DNA of 64,000 nucleotides from Gemmatimonadota bacterium (GCA_039588295.1 JBDHAB010000014.1:1-64000); one strand, 5' to 3'; counted from the first letter of the stretch, positions 49,731-57,589 are shown. Made by a program: numbers and translations. Notes: generated by a model from the letters alone, not told the origin.

Positions 49731-49866
49731 TGCGAAGTGACCGAGGGGAGAGGCTGTTTTGGTGCAAGGAGCAGGATTTGAACCCGCGACCTTCTGGTTA
49801 TCGACCAGACGCTCAACCGACTGAGCTATCTTTGCTTGTGAGCCTAACTGGAGTGGTCACTTCGTA
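49731..49866 (-). ncRNA. Y-RNA-like ncRNA D, paralog of B
   Basis: TACGAAGTGACC/GGTCACTTCGCA stem, CACAAGC, tRNA body with loop TCGATAA. Confidence 0.7.
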
Positions 49867-49867
49867 G

Positions 49868-50003
49868 TGGAGGACCCTGGATTCGAACCAAGAGTTGTTT
49901 AGCTTGTGGACATTCGCCGAGAGCTCCCGTGAAGGAGCGAGTGGTGGTGTCGGTTTCTACCGATTTACCGTCGGGTTGACCCTCCATTAGGGCCGTGTCC
50001 TCC
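49868..50003 (-). ncRNA. tRNA-like ncRNA E, paralog of C
   Basis: GGAGGAC/GTCCTCC acceptor; insert conserved with C. Confidence 0.65.
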
Positions 50004-50118
50004 ATGTTGTTCAGGGTAGTTCCGAGTACGTGGTCTGGGGGGCTTCAAGGTCCCGACCGCTACTGGGTCGGGGTTGTGCTTGTTAGACCTGCGTGTATGG
50101 AACAGCCGTGAGTTCGGG

Positions 50119-50147
50119 ATACTGCGCGCAGTCATACACGCTGTCAA
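50119..50147 (-). promoter_or_regulatory. Candidate promoter for ncRNA array
   Basis: TTGACA-N4-GTATGAC-N6-CAGTAT; similar element at 62284-62313. Confidence 0.4.
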
Positions 50148-50156
50148 GACCCTTTC

Positions 50157-50729
50157 TCAGATTTTCTCAACTCCGGCCGGCGAAATCGAGTAGCCGGTCT
50201 TGCGGCCGGCCTTGATGAACCGCTGCGCCGCGTAGGCGATGTAGGTCGCGGTGAGCTGGATGAACGGCAGGAACTCCCCGTCCTCGCAGGTCGGAGCTCC
50301 AGCGTCGCCCACGTCGTCGATGACGAAGTCCTCGTCCCAAATGGCCCGCCCAAAGCCCCCATCGGCCGCAAGAGCCCCGTGGAGGCACGGGACCCCGTGC
50401 TCCCGAGCGAACTTCTGAACGATCCTACGGGCCTCTCCGTTGTCCAGGCAGTCGATGAGTAGATCCGCCCCGCCGAGAAGCTGATTCTCGTTGTCGGCCG
50501 TCAGCTTGTTGCTCACGACCTCGATCTTACGGCCATAGCAGAACTGCATGGCCGCCTTGAGAGCCTCAGTCTTCTTCTTGCCCACCCCATTCTTGAAATG
50601 GAACTGAGAAGCGACGTTCTTCATCTCCACCCGGTCGAAGTCGATGACCTTGATGGTCACCTCCTCGTTCCGGAGGGTCTGCACCAGATGGGAACCCAGT
50701 GCGCCGACGCCGATGATCGTGATTTTCAT
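50157..50729 (-). CDS. ThiF/E1-like adenylyltransferase
   Basis: GVGALGS, DFDRVEMKN..SQ, GKKK, DCLDN; candidate catalytic Cys in APTCE. Confidence 0.9.
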   Translation of the reverse strand: MKITIIGVGALGSHLVQTLRNEEVTIKVIDFDRVEMKNVASQFHFKNGVGKKKTEALKAAMQFCYGRKIEVVSNKLTADNENQLLGGADLLIDCLDNGEARRIVQKFAREHGVPCLHGALAADGGFGRAIWDEDFVIDDVGDAGAPTCEDGEFLPFIQLTATYIAYAAQRFIKAGRKTGYSISPAGVEKI

Positions 50730-50743
50730 GATGAGGTCTCCTT

Positions 50744-51103
50744 TTACTTGTCGCCCTTTTTCTGCTTCAGGATCTCGTCGGCCACCATCCCCAGGAATTC
50801 GTCCTTGCGTTGCTCTCGACGAACCTCACCCCTCCGAAGGGTCTCTCGCAAGAAATCCACGGTGGACTCGCGAGCCTGACTGACCGCCTGTTGGAGACGA
50901 TCCGTATTCTTGATGGCATCCAGGACCGAAGTGGACGGCCCCTTGGCAGTGAACGTGAACTTGTCCCCGTCCTTCACCAAACGGGAACTCCCTCCCGCGG
51001 ATTGGTGGAGCTTCCGCAGAGCTCGGAACCCCTCCATCGTTTTCGACCACATCGACTCCGGAATTTGGAGGGTGACGGTGTGTTCGATTATGTCGTTGCT
51101 CAT
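50744..51103 (-). CDS. Hypothetical protein in Ub-like operon
   Basis: 119 aa ORF between Ubl and E1. Confidence 0.6.
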   Translation of the reverse strand: MSNDIIEHTVTLQIPESMWSKTMEGFRALRKLHQSAGGSSRLVKDGDKFTFTAKGPSTSVLDAIKNTDRLQQAVSQARESTVDFLRETLRRGEVRREQRKDEFLGMVADEILKQKKGDK

Positions 51104-51139
51104 CGGGATCTTGAACCGGGTTTGTTACCTCTATTCCCG

Positions 51140-51403
51140 TTAGCCCCCGAACGGAGTCTTCGGACGAACCTGAATCAGGTTGTAGTCCCGATCGGCGTTC
51201 GCCGAAAAACGGTCCACCACGAAATCGGCGAAATCCGGATCCGCGTCGGCCGGAATGCCCGGGATCGACCCATTGGAAACGGCCTCCGAAACCCAGGTCT
51301 TGATGTCGCCATCGACGGCATCGAAGAACACAGGATCCGGGAGATCCCCGTTCTCTCCCTTGTAGGTGATGTTGAGACGTGCTTGCGTGTTATCCATGTC
51401 CAT
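51140..51403 (-). CDS. Ubiquitin-like (beta-grasp) protein
   Basis: 87 aa, ends RPKTPFGG-stop; lies between JAB and E1. Confidence 0.75.
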   Translation of the reverse strand: MDMDNTQARLNITYKGENGDLPDPVFFDAVDGDIKTWVSEAVSNGSIPGIPADADPDFADFVVDRFSANADRDYNLIQVRPKTPFGG

Positions 51404-51788
51404 GACGATTCTCCTTTGAGTAGTCGCGGAGCTGTGCAGCCCAGTCGGGCTCGTCCGCGAGAAAATGGTTGTAGTCGTGCTTCTTGGGTCCTTCGTAGTT
51501 CAAGCCGATCACACGATCGGAACTCGTGATCCACCAGGTCAGGCGTCGCCCGAGCCCGAGCTCTACGGCGGCGAAGGTGGTGATGTCGGTCCAGGAAGGG
51601 CCGGGCAGACCCGACCCCGGGTGACTGTGTGCGAACCCCAGGAATGCTTCCCTTCGGTGCTCCCACAGAACGTCCCACAGATCCCGACTGTCGGGGAGAC
51701 TGCCTCCCGTTCGGCCGTTTGGCAAATGCCAATGGACGACTCCTGCACCCGTAATGACTGCGCCTGCTTCGATCATCGCTTCCTCCAA
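51390..51788 (-). CDS. JAB/MPN (Mov34) metallopeptidase
   Basis: N-terminal E, then HSHP......PS..D JAMM motif. Confidence 0.85.
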   Translation of the reverse strand: MEEAMIEAGAVITGAGVVHWHLPNGRTGGSLPDSRDLWDVLWEHRREAFLGFAHSHPGSGLPGPSWTDITTFAAVELGLGRRLTWWITSSDRVIGLNYEGPKKHDYNHFLADEPDWAAQLRDYSKENRHGHG

Positions 51789-51855
51789 GGAACATGCGTG
51801 AACGCCAAAATGAGCACGCAGATCAGCATGAACACGAGCACTACGGGTGAAAAAT

Positions 51856-52449
51856 TCATCGTTTCCTCTTCTTGATAACTCGTGGAATCTCGTCGAGAGT
51901 CGCCAGAACTTCCTCGTTCTGACGTTTCTGCCATCCCTGGAGCCTTACCGAGGTCTTCAGGTAGTAGGGATGCTTGAGCCAGTCAGCGTACTGAATGTTG
52001 CCTCGCACCTTGTTGCACTTGCGGCAAGCCGACACGAGGTTGGCTTCGGTGGACGGCCCTCCGTCCTCCCAGAGCACGAGGTGGTCCACGGTGAGCGGGA
52101 CCTCCTTGTTGTTGCAGTAACGGCAGGCGTACCCATCACGCCGATAGACGTTCCAGGAGACACCCTGCTCGATGTTGCGTTGGCACTTGCGGGCGACGGA
52201 CTTGTACAGCTTCCCGTCCTCGGCCTTCTCCAGCACTTCGGTCTCGACGAGGTCGGACTGACGGATGAGTTTTTGCCATTCCTCGGTCGTCGGGGTGAGG
52301 ACACGGATGTCCCCTTCATGCTCTCCGAATTCGGGGAACACGACGACGAGGGTCTGATCGTTGCCAGCCCACACCCCACCCACCAGGAGAATCTCCTGGC
52401 CAACGGTCTTGATATCGAGGTCTTTGAATTCCATCAGACATGCCTCCAT
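51856..52449 (-). CDS. HNH endonuclease with N-terminal extension
   Basis: RDGYACRYC..LTVDH..GG..NLVSACRKCN. Confidence 0.9.
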   Translation of the reverse strand: MEACLMEFKDLDIKTVGQEILLVGGVWAGNDQTLVVVFPEFGEHEGDIRVLTPTTEEWQKLIRQSDLVETEVLEKAEDGKLYKSVARKCQRNIEQGVSWNVYRRDGYACRYCNNKEVPLTVDHLVLWEDGGPSTEANLVSACRKCNKVRGNIQYADWLKHPYYLKTSVRLQGWQKRQNEEVLATLDEIPRVIKKRKR

Positions 52450-53366
52450 ACGACGAGCTTGTGCTCGCGGATCGCTTGGCGAATAACTGCGGGCAGAGAT
52501 TCCAGAGTGAAGTAGGTGTCGCCCTTCTCATCGGTGCCGTGATCTGTAAGACAAACACCGGCATCGATGATTTGGAGGTTCGTGTCGCACACGCACTCCA
52601 GGCGCTGCCCATCGACGCGGTACTTCACGGTCCACTCATTCTTGCGACCACTCTTACGGTGGTCCAGATACTGCGCACCGCCGACCGTGAGAGCCGCCTT
52701 GGCAGCCTCCTGGAAATCCTCCTTGGCCAGTTCACGCCGACCAGCACCATCCCCGAGCTTCTCCAGGAGCTCCGCACGACGAGCCACCTTGGCGAGACGG
52801 GCCTCCTCCTCGGCACGACGACGGATGAGCTCCTGACGACGAAGCTCTGCCTGCTGACGCTGGTAGACCTCCATGCGGAAGGCTGCATCGAGCGCGGGCA
52901 CCACACTGCGGATACCGAACGTGCTGATCTGGTTGTCGAGAAAAGCGTTCATGACTTCCTCTTCGGGACCGAGGGGAAAATCCTGCTCACAGAAAATGAG
53001 AGGCCCCTCGGGGTAAATGCGGCCAGCTCGCACACGCGAGAACCGGTCGAGGTCTTCGGGAAGGAGATAGACCTTCTCCGAGTAGTTGATGATCTTGCCC
53101 GGGTCGGGGTCGATCCGGGTGTCGTCGGGGACCAGACGGTCCCCGACCAGGTAGCCCTTGACCGAGCTCTTGAGAAGTTCAGGAGCCGGGTCAGCGGGCT
53201 TCGGGTCCTCGGCCTTGTTGCCTTCGATCTGGAAGGCGTACCAACCAAAATCCCGAGGCCGAGTCCCGAGCTTGAAAGTTCGGGACTCGGAGTGGAGAGA
53301 CCCACCACCCGTCCAAGGAAGAGTAGTGGTCTCCCCCTCGGCCGTGAGTAGATCTCTCCAACCCAT
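52434..53366 (-). CDS. Hypothetical protein, candidate E2-like
   Basis: C-terminal IIDAGVCL resembles the E2 GxICL active site; operon context. Confidence 0.55.
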   Translation of the reverse strand: MGWRDLLTAEGETTTLPWTGGGSLHSESRTFKLGTRPRDFGWYAFQIEGNKAEDPKPADPAPELLKSSVKGYLVGDRLVPDDTRIDPDPGKIINYSEKVYLLPEDLDRFSRVRAGRIYPEGPLIFCEQDFPLGPEEEVMNAFLDNQISTFGIRSVVPALDAAFRMEVYQRQQAELRRQELIRRRAEEEARLAKVARRAELLEKLGDGAGRRELAKEDFQEAAKAALTVGGAQYLDHRKSGRKNEWTVKYRVDGQRLECVCDTNLQIIDAGVCLTDHGTDEKGDTYFTLESLPAVIRQAIREHKLVVWRHV

Positions 53367-53375
53367 GGGGTCACC

Positions 53376-55268
53376 TCATGCCCATGCGGGCTTCTGGAGA
53401 AGCTCCGTTTGAAGGATTTGGTCCACGAGCGTCACACGAGGGCGCGCGCGACCAGCCACCGCTTCCCCAACCGGGGTTGCAGCGATCAGAGCCCGAATCG
53501 TCCGAGTGATCGCGTAGGGATCCTCGAAGGTACGGTCATCGAGCATGAGGCACGGGATACCGAGCCGGTTGGCCGTCTCTCGCACCGCGGTGCTGTTGTC
53601 CGCGCCATAGTGACGCGCACGCCAACCCGCGGCTCCCCCGAACGCAACCGTCTTGAGGAACCCGAAAGCGACCGGGCGCAGGCCCGAAGCCTCGACGGCC
53701 GTGTGGAAGGGACGTGCCTCCTCATCACCAATGAAGATGATCAGAGAGTCCTCGTCATCCGCGGGCTTGTACTTCTGGAGCACACGGATCCCGGCACCGT
53801 AGTCAGTACCACCGCCAGCGCCGATGCCACGGAAAGCCGCCTCCACACCCTTCGTCGAAGCGTGCTTGATGGTGACCTCCCGACCGTTCGTGTTGAACAC
53901 GGCGACCTTCACCTGGTCGAGCGGGAACGACTGGAGGAACTTGGCGATCAGAGGCTTTGCAGCATCCAGAGCACCCTGCATCGACCCCGAGATATCCACG
54001 AGGAACTTGATCGACAAGCCACGGATGGTCTCCTCGACCACCTTCTGAGCCACCTTGTCGGCACCCTCCTCCATCGTCTCCTGGAGCTCCTTGGACCGAA
54101 CGTTGCGGGCGATGTTAGCCGCACGCATGTCGTCCGCCTTGGCGAGAGCCGCAGCGTGGCGCTCCTTGATTTCCTGGATCTTGAACAGGCCCAGGTCCTC
54201 CAGGGTCGGAGTCATGATGATGATGTCCTTGTCCGAAAGGGACCCGGCCTCGATGGCCGCAACCATCACTGCACGAGTGACTCCCACCTTCGGAGGAAGG
54301 AGACCCACGATCCGCTTCCAGTTCGGCTTGGTCTTCTCGATGAGCTGGCAGATAGCCGCCTCGTTGAGATCGTCCCACGACTCGGCAGCCTTGACCGCCT
54401 TACCGATCGCCATGCCACGCCGGCCGTCGTCGGCCTGCTTCTGCTTCCAGCGCAGAGCCTCGAAGAACTTGTCCGAGGTCGGCTTGTAGCCGATACGCCG
54501 AGCCATGGTCATGACCGTGGTACGGAACCCGGCCTTGACGAGACCCTCCAGCATCTTGGGGTTCTCCTCACGGAACCGAAGCCACTTCTCGATGGCCTTG
54601 GGCCATCGACCGAGGAACGGACGCTTGGCCGACTTGCCGAAGCCGAGCTCGCGGTTGATCTCCGCGATCTCGGGCAGCATGAGCACGTCGTAGATCCGAA
54701 GCAGGAGCTTCGGGTTCAGATCCTTGCCCTTCTCCTGGAGAAGAAGCATGGCCTCACCGACGTTCCGGTAGTCGTCATCGTCGAACAGGTGCTCACCGCC
54801 GTCCATGACGGGGTCCCCCTTCCGAGACTGAACCAGAAGGAACGCAGCGAGCACGACCTTGAGGTCACGGTGCTCCTGACGGAAGGCGAACGAAGCCCAC
54901 TTCGCAGCGAACTCGTTGTCCATCTTCCAGACCTCAGCGACCTGCTTGTAGAACCACACCGCGACCTCGGGGAACAGACCGCTCTTGCGGTACAGCCCCA
55001 CCTCGTTACGGCCGTTCCGAACGGTGTTGTCGCCGTTCATCGTGCCGATCTCGGTACGAACGTTCTTCTTCCCCGCCTTGCTGAGACGGAACACCTTCTT
55101 GACGCCGTCCGCCTCCTTGTGCGTGACGGGATCCCACCGCACGCCAATAGTGGCACGCGCGTCGGGAACCACAACGCCAGGGCGGTTGTGAACCATGTGA
55201 TCTGAGTACGCCAGGAGAGACTGGATGATGGTCTCAGCGGGCCCGAGGTTTTCCTTGTTGTTCTCCAT
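53376..55268 (-). CDS. VWA-domain protein, divergent TROVE/Ro60-like
   Basis: Helical N-region with FAAKWASFA..RDLKVVLAA; C-terminal MIDAS DISGSM, GGTD, GDEE. Confidence 0.7.
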   Translation of the reverse strand: MENNKENLGPAETIIQSLLAYSDHMVHNRPGVVVPDARATIGVRWDPVTHKEADGVKKVFRLSKAGKKNVRTEIGTMNGDNTVRNGRNEVGLYRKSGLFPEVAVWFYKQVAEVWKMDNEFAAKWASFAFRQEHRDLKVVLAAFLLVQSRKGDPVMDGGEHLFDDDDYRNVGEAMLLLQEKGKDLNPKLLLRIYDVLMLPEIAEINRELGFGKSAKRPFLGRWPKAIEKWLRFREENPKMLEGLVKAGFRTTVMTMARRIGYKPTSDKFFEALRWKQKQADDGRRGMAIGKAVKAAESWDDLNEAAICQLIEKTKPNWKRIVGLLPPKVGVTRAVMVAAIEAGSLSDKDIIIMTPTLEDLGLFKIQEIKERHAAALAKADDMRAANIARNVRSKELQETMEEGADKVAQKVVEETIRGLSIKFLVDISGSMQGALDAAKPLIAKFLQSFPLDQVKVAVFNTNGREVTIKHASTKGVEAAFRGIGAGGGTDYGAGIRVLQKYKPADDEDSLIIFIGDEEARPFHTAVEASGLRPVAFGFLKTVAFGGAAGWRARHYGADNSTAVRETANRLGIPCLMLDDRTFEDPYAITRTIRALIAATPVGEAVAGRARPRVTLVDQILQTELLQKPAWA

Positions 55269-55411
55269 GGTGTCTCTTCCTCTCTAGTTTCGTGAAAAGT
55301 CGGGGCTGGCCCTTGTACCCCTGAGTTACGTGAAAATATGGGCCTTGCACGAAAGAGCCAAGGAACCTCAACTTTCCGGCCTTTTTGACCGGGCGCCGTT
55401 GATCCTTAGCT

Positions 55412-55488
55412 TGGTTGCGACGGTGGGAATCGAACCCACGACCTCTCCCTTATGAGGGGAATGCTCTGCCGGACTGAGCTACGTCGCA
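55412..55488 (-). tRNA. tRNA-Met/Ile2(CAT)
   Basis: Cloverleaf, loop CTCATAA, ACCA. Confidence 0.85.
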
Positions 55489-55545
55489 AAAATGCCCGTT
55501 GCTGCACTGCGCTCGACTGGTACGGGCGGCCCGTCGAACTGAAAA

Positions 55546-55623
55546 TGGTAGCGGGTCTCGGATTTGAACCGAGGTCTCGGGATTATGAGCCCCGCGGGGA
55601 CAACCGGACTCCCCCAACCCGCA
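55546..55623 (-). tRNA. tRNA-Met(CAT), initiator-like
   Basis: 1-72 mismatch, G-rich anticodon stem. Confidence 0.8.
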
Positions 55624-55776
55624 AAATTTAGTGAACCTGTGACAGCGTGAGGTTCTTGCGCCCACGGATGCGGCGAAGTGCTCGACTAGGGCTCTGCTTT
55701 TTCCCGAGTCCTAGTTGAGCTCGGACGAGCTGTTCGAGACGGAGGAACTCGTCCTCCGTCAGCTCGTCCTCCGTCG

Positions 55777-55812
55777 TTAGTAGATCTTGAAAACTTCGTT
55801 CGTCATCCCCAT
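55777..55812 (-). CDS. Possible leader peptide MGMTNEVFKIY
   Basis: GAGGA RBS; followed by alternative hairpins, upstream of the CAT tRNAs. Confidence 0.35.
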   Translation of the reverse strand: MGMTNEVFKIY

Positions 55813-55832
55813 CGTGTCGTCCTCGACTTTCT

Positions 55833-55910
55833 TGGTGGACGTAGGTGGATTTGAACCACCGACCTTCCGCTTATCAGGCGGCTGCACCGACCAGGCTGTG
55901 CTACACGTCC
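55833..55910 (-). tRNA. tRNA-Ile(GAT)
   Basis: Loop CTGATAA, ACCA. Confidence 0.9.
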
Positions 55911-55914
55911 TCGG

Positions 55915-55988
55915 TCGGCCTGGAAGGAGTTGAACCTTCGACCTCGCACTTATCAGGCGCGCGCTCTAACCAACTGAGCTACAGACCG
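55915..55988 (-). tRNA. tRNA-Ile(GAT), no encoded CCA
   Basis: Loop CTGATAA. Confidence 0.9.
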
Positions 55989-56031
55989 AGTAGATAATCG
56001 GTCCAATGTCACTCTCGTCTTCGTTTTCCAT
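55966..56031 (-). CDS. Putative Ile-sensing leader peptide MENEDESDIGPIIYSVCSSVG
   Basis: AAGGAG RBS; ATT..ATT ATC just before tRNA-Ile. Confidence 0.6.
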   Translation of the reverse strand: MENEDESDIGPIIYSVCSSVG

Positions 56032-56062
56032 CTCGGTCTGCTCCTTTCTTGGTTGATGTTCT

Positions 56063-56137
56063 TGGTAGCCTCGGACGGGATTGAACCGACGACCTTCACC
56101 GTGTCGAGGTGCTGCTCTGCCACTGAGCTACGAGGCT
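56063..56137 (-). tRNA. tRNA-Val(GAC)
   Basis: Loop TCGACAC, ACCA. Confidence 0.85.
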
Positions 56138-56142
56138 GTGTT

Positions 56143-56216
56143 TGGTACCGAGTGAAGGACTCGAACCTTCGCTTCCATCGTGTGAAAATGGCACTCTACC
56201 TCTGAGTTAACCCGGC
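56143..56216 (-). tRNA. tRNA-Val(CAC)
   Basis: Loop TTCACAC, ACCA. Confidence 0.85.
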
Positions 56217-56882
56217 ATAGTTTTTGAGTTGGTCCATCCATCCTTCGATGCGAGCTCGGAAAAGTGTGTCGTGAACCGCGACCTCCAAACACCCGTAGGG
56301 ATGCCCTTTCCGTTTTCCTTTGTTGGTTTTGTTCAAATTCTTCGTGGCCTTGATCTTGGAAGACGCCACTCCAGACACCCGGCTCCAGTACCGTTTAGCT
56401 TTGCTACCGTCCAGCGACGGGTGCAGACGAACCCGCAGTCTAATTTTGTCTTCGGGGACCTCACACTCCTCCCGTAGAAACTGGAGCACGAATCGAATCA
56501 TGTCCGGGTCCGTGTTGCTGATTGAAAACGAGTTCCTTTCCTTTTTACCTTCACCCCAGTAGAGCGCAGCCATCACTCCCCGGAGGGTGCGACTGGAAAG
56601 GTCAACGGGAATTTCCCTTCGACCTCGTACCCGAGCCTCTTCTCGTTTCTTGGCCCAGATTTGCTTAGGGGAGTTGGGGTGGGATGCTGCGGCGATGCGT
56701 CCTTTCAGACGCCCTTGTTCCTCCTTGTCTCGTAGTTGTTCGACCTGTTGCTTGGTAAGGGGGATGTCTCGGGTCCAACGACTGATTGAACTTTTGGCGC
56801 ATCCCGTGTGATTGGCGATCTCGGTGAGGGACTGTCCCTGACGACGCAGGTCTCTTGCTTCTTCTCGTTGATCAGGCTTCAC
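56196..56882 (-). CDS. HTH plus LAGLIDADG-like domain protein (putative homing endonuclease)
   Basis: N-terminal HTH (SLTEIA..GCAKSSISRW); ALYWGEG..F.ISNTD. Confidence 0.7.
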   Translation of the reverse strand: MKPDQREEARDLRRQGQSLTEIANHTGCAKSSISRWTRDIPLTKQQVEQLRDKEEQGRLKGRIAAASHPNSPKQIWAKKREEARVRGRREIPVDLSSRTLRGVMAALYWGEGKKERNSFSISNTDPDMIRFVLQFLREECEVPEDKIRLRVRLHPSLDGSKAKRYWSRVSGVASSKIKATKNLNKTNKGKRKGHPYGCLEVAVHDTLFRARIEGWMDQLKNYAGLTQR

Positions 56883-56945
56883 CGTTTCAGTATGGCAGAA
56901 ATGGAACCGACGGCCAAGGTGTCCTGTGCGGACCAGTGTAAAAAG

Positions 56946-57021
56946 CGGGGCGTACGGGATTTGAACCCGTGACCTCCTACGTGACAGGCAGGCGTCCTAA
57001 GCCAGACTAGACCAACACCCC
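56946..57021 (-). tRNA. tRNA-Asp(GTC), no encoded CCA
   Basis: Loop CTGTCAC. Confidence 0.9.
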
Positions 57022-57152
57022 ATGTTGGCGGAGCAGACGAGAATCGAACTCGCAACCTTCGGACAGACAATCCGTTGCGCTACCAATTGCGCCACTGCTC
57101 CGTACATATCGTCGGTATCGTCCGCATCATCGCTTTCGCTGTTGGTGTTCAT
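56997..57152 (-). CDS. Putative Asp-sensing leader peptide MNTNSESDDADDTDDMY..., reading through tRNA-Asp
   Basis: AAGGAG RBS; 6 Asp in 8 codons just before tRNA-Asp. Confidence 0.65.
   Translation of the reverse strand: MNTNSESDDADDTDDMYGAVAQLVAQRIVCPKVASSILVCSANMGCWSSLA
57026..57101 (-). tRNA. tRNA-Asp(GTC), divergent
   Basis: Loop TTGTCTG, GCCA. Confidence 0.8.
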
Positions 57153-57394
57153 CGTGCTGCTCCTTTCTTGGGGTGAGTGGGTGTCTGGAAAGTTCGGCTG
57201 TTTGATCCCACAGGCCGTCCGGTCGCCTGCTGTATCGCCCCTCGGTGCGGTGCGCTGTCGTGCACCTCGCTTCATCGAGGCGCGTTAGGATGGGATGGAA
57301 AAGTTGAGGCTTTTGTGTCTACCGGTCAGCCTCGGTGGCCGGCCATCACGGATCCTTGATCAGGGGACAACCTGGGACAGGATTGGAAAAGTTA

Positions 57395-57546
57395 GGGATG
57401 CAGGTGAGTGTGCAAGGTGGGTGTGCAGTCATTTGACCACTCCGGCATAAATGGAGCCGGAGCCTGGATTCGAACCAGGAGTCTTCTGTGAATGAAACAG
57501 ATGTCTTTACCTTTTGCTTGTGACCTTAAACGGGGACCTGCGTCCC
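57395..57546 (-). ncRNA. Y-RNA-like ncRNA F with permuted tRNA domain
   Basis: GGGACGCAGGT/ACCTGCATCCC stem, TCACAAGCAA, T-arm then CTCCGGC-loop-GCCGGAG then mini D-arm; AACTTTTCC. Confidence 0.65.
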
Positions 57547-57587
57547 GGAGCCCACGGAGGGATTCGAACCCTCGACCTCAGACGTAC
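57547..57587 (-). pseudogene. 3' half of a tRNA-Thr-like gene
   Basis: AGGTC GAGGG TTCGAAT CCCTC CGTGGGC TCC without 5' half. Confidence 0.6.
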
Positions 57588-57589
57588 GG

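Noticed and set aside
49254..50147. Short ORFs over the ncRNA array
   Set aside because: No RBS or protein-like composition; the region is explained by RNA structure
53409..55205. 598-aa plus-strand ORF
   Set aside because: Antisense to the VWA gene, a typical high-GC shadow frame
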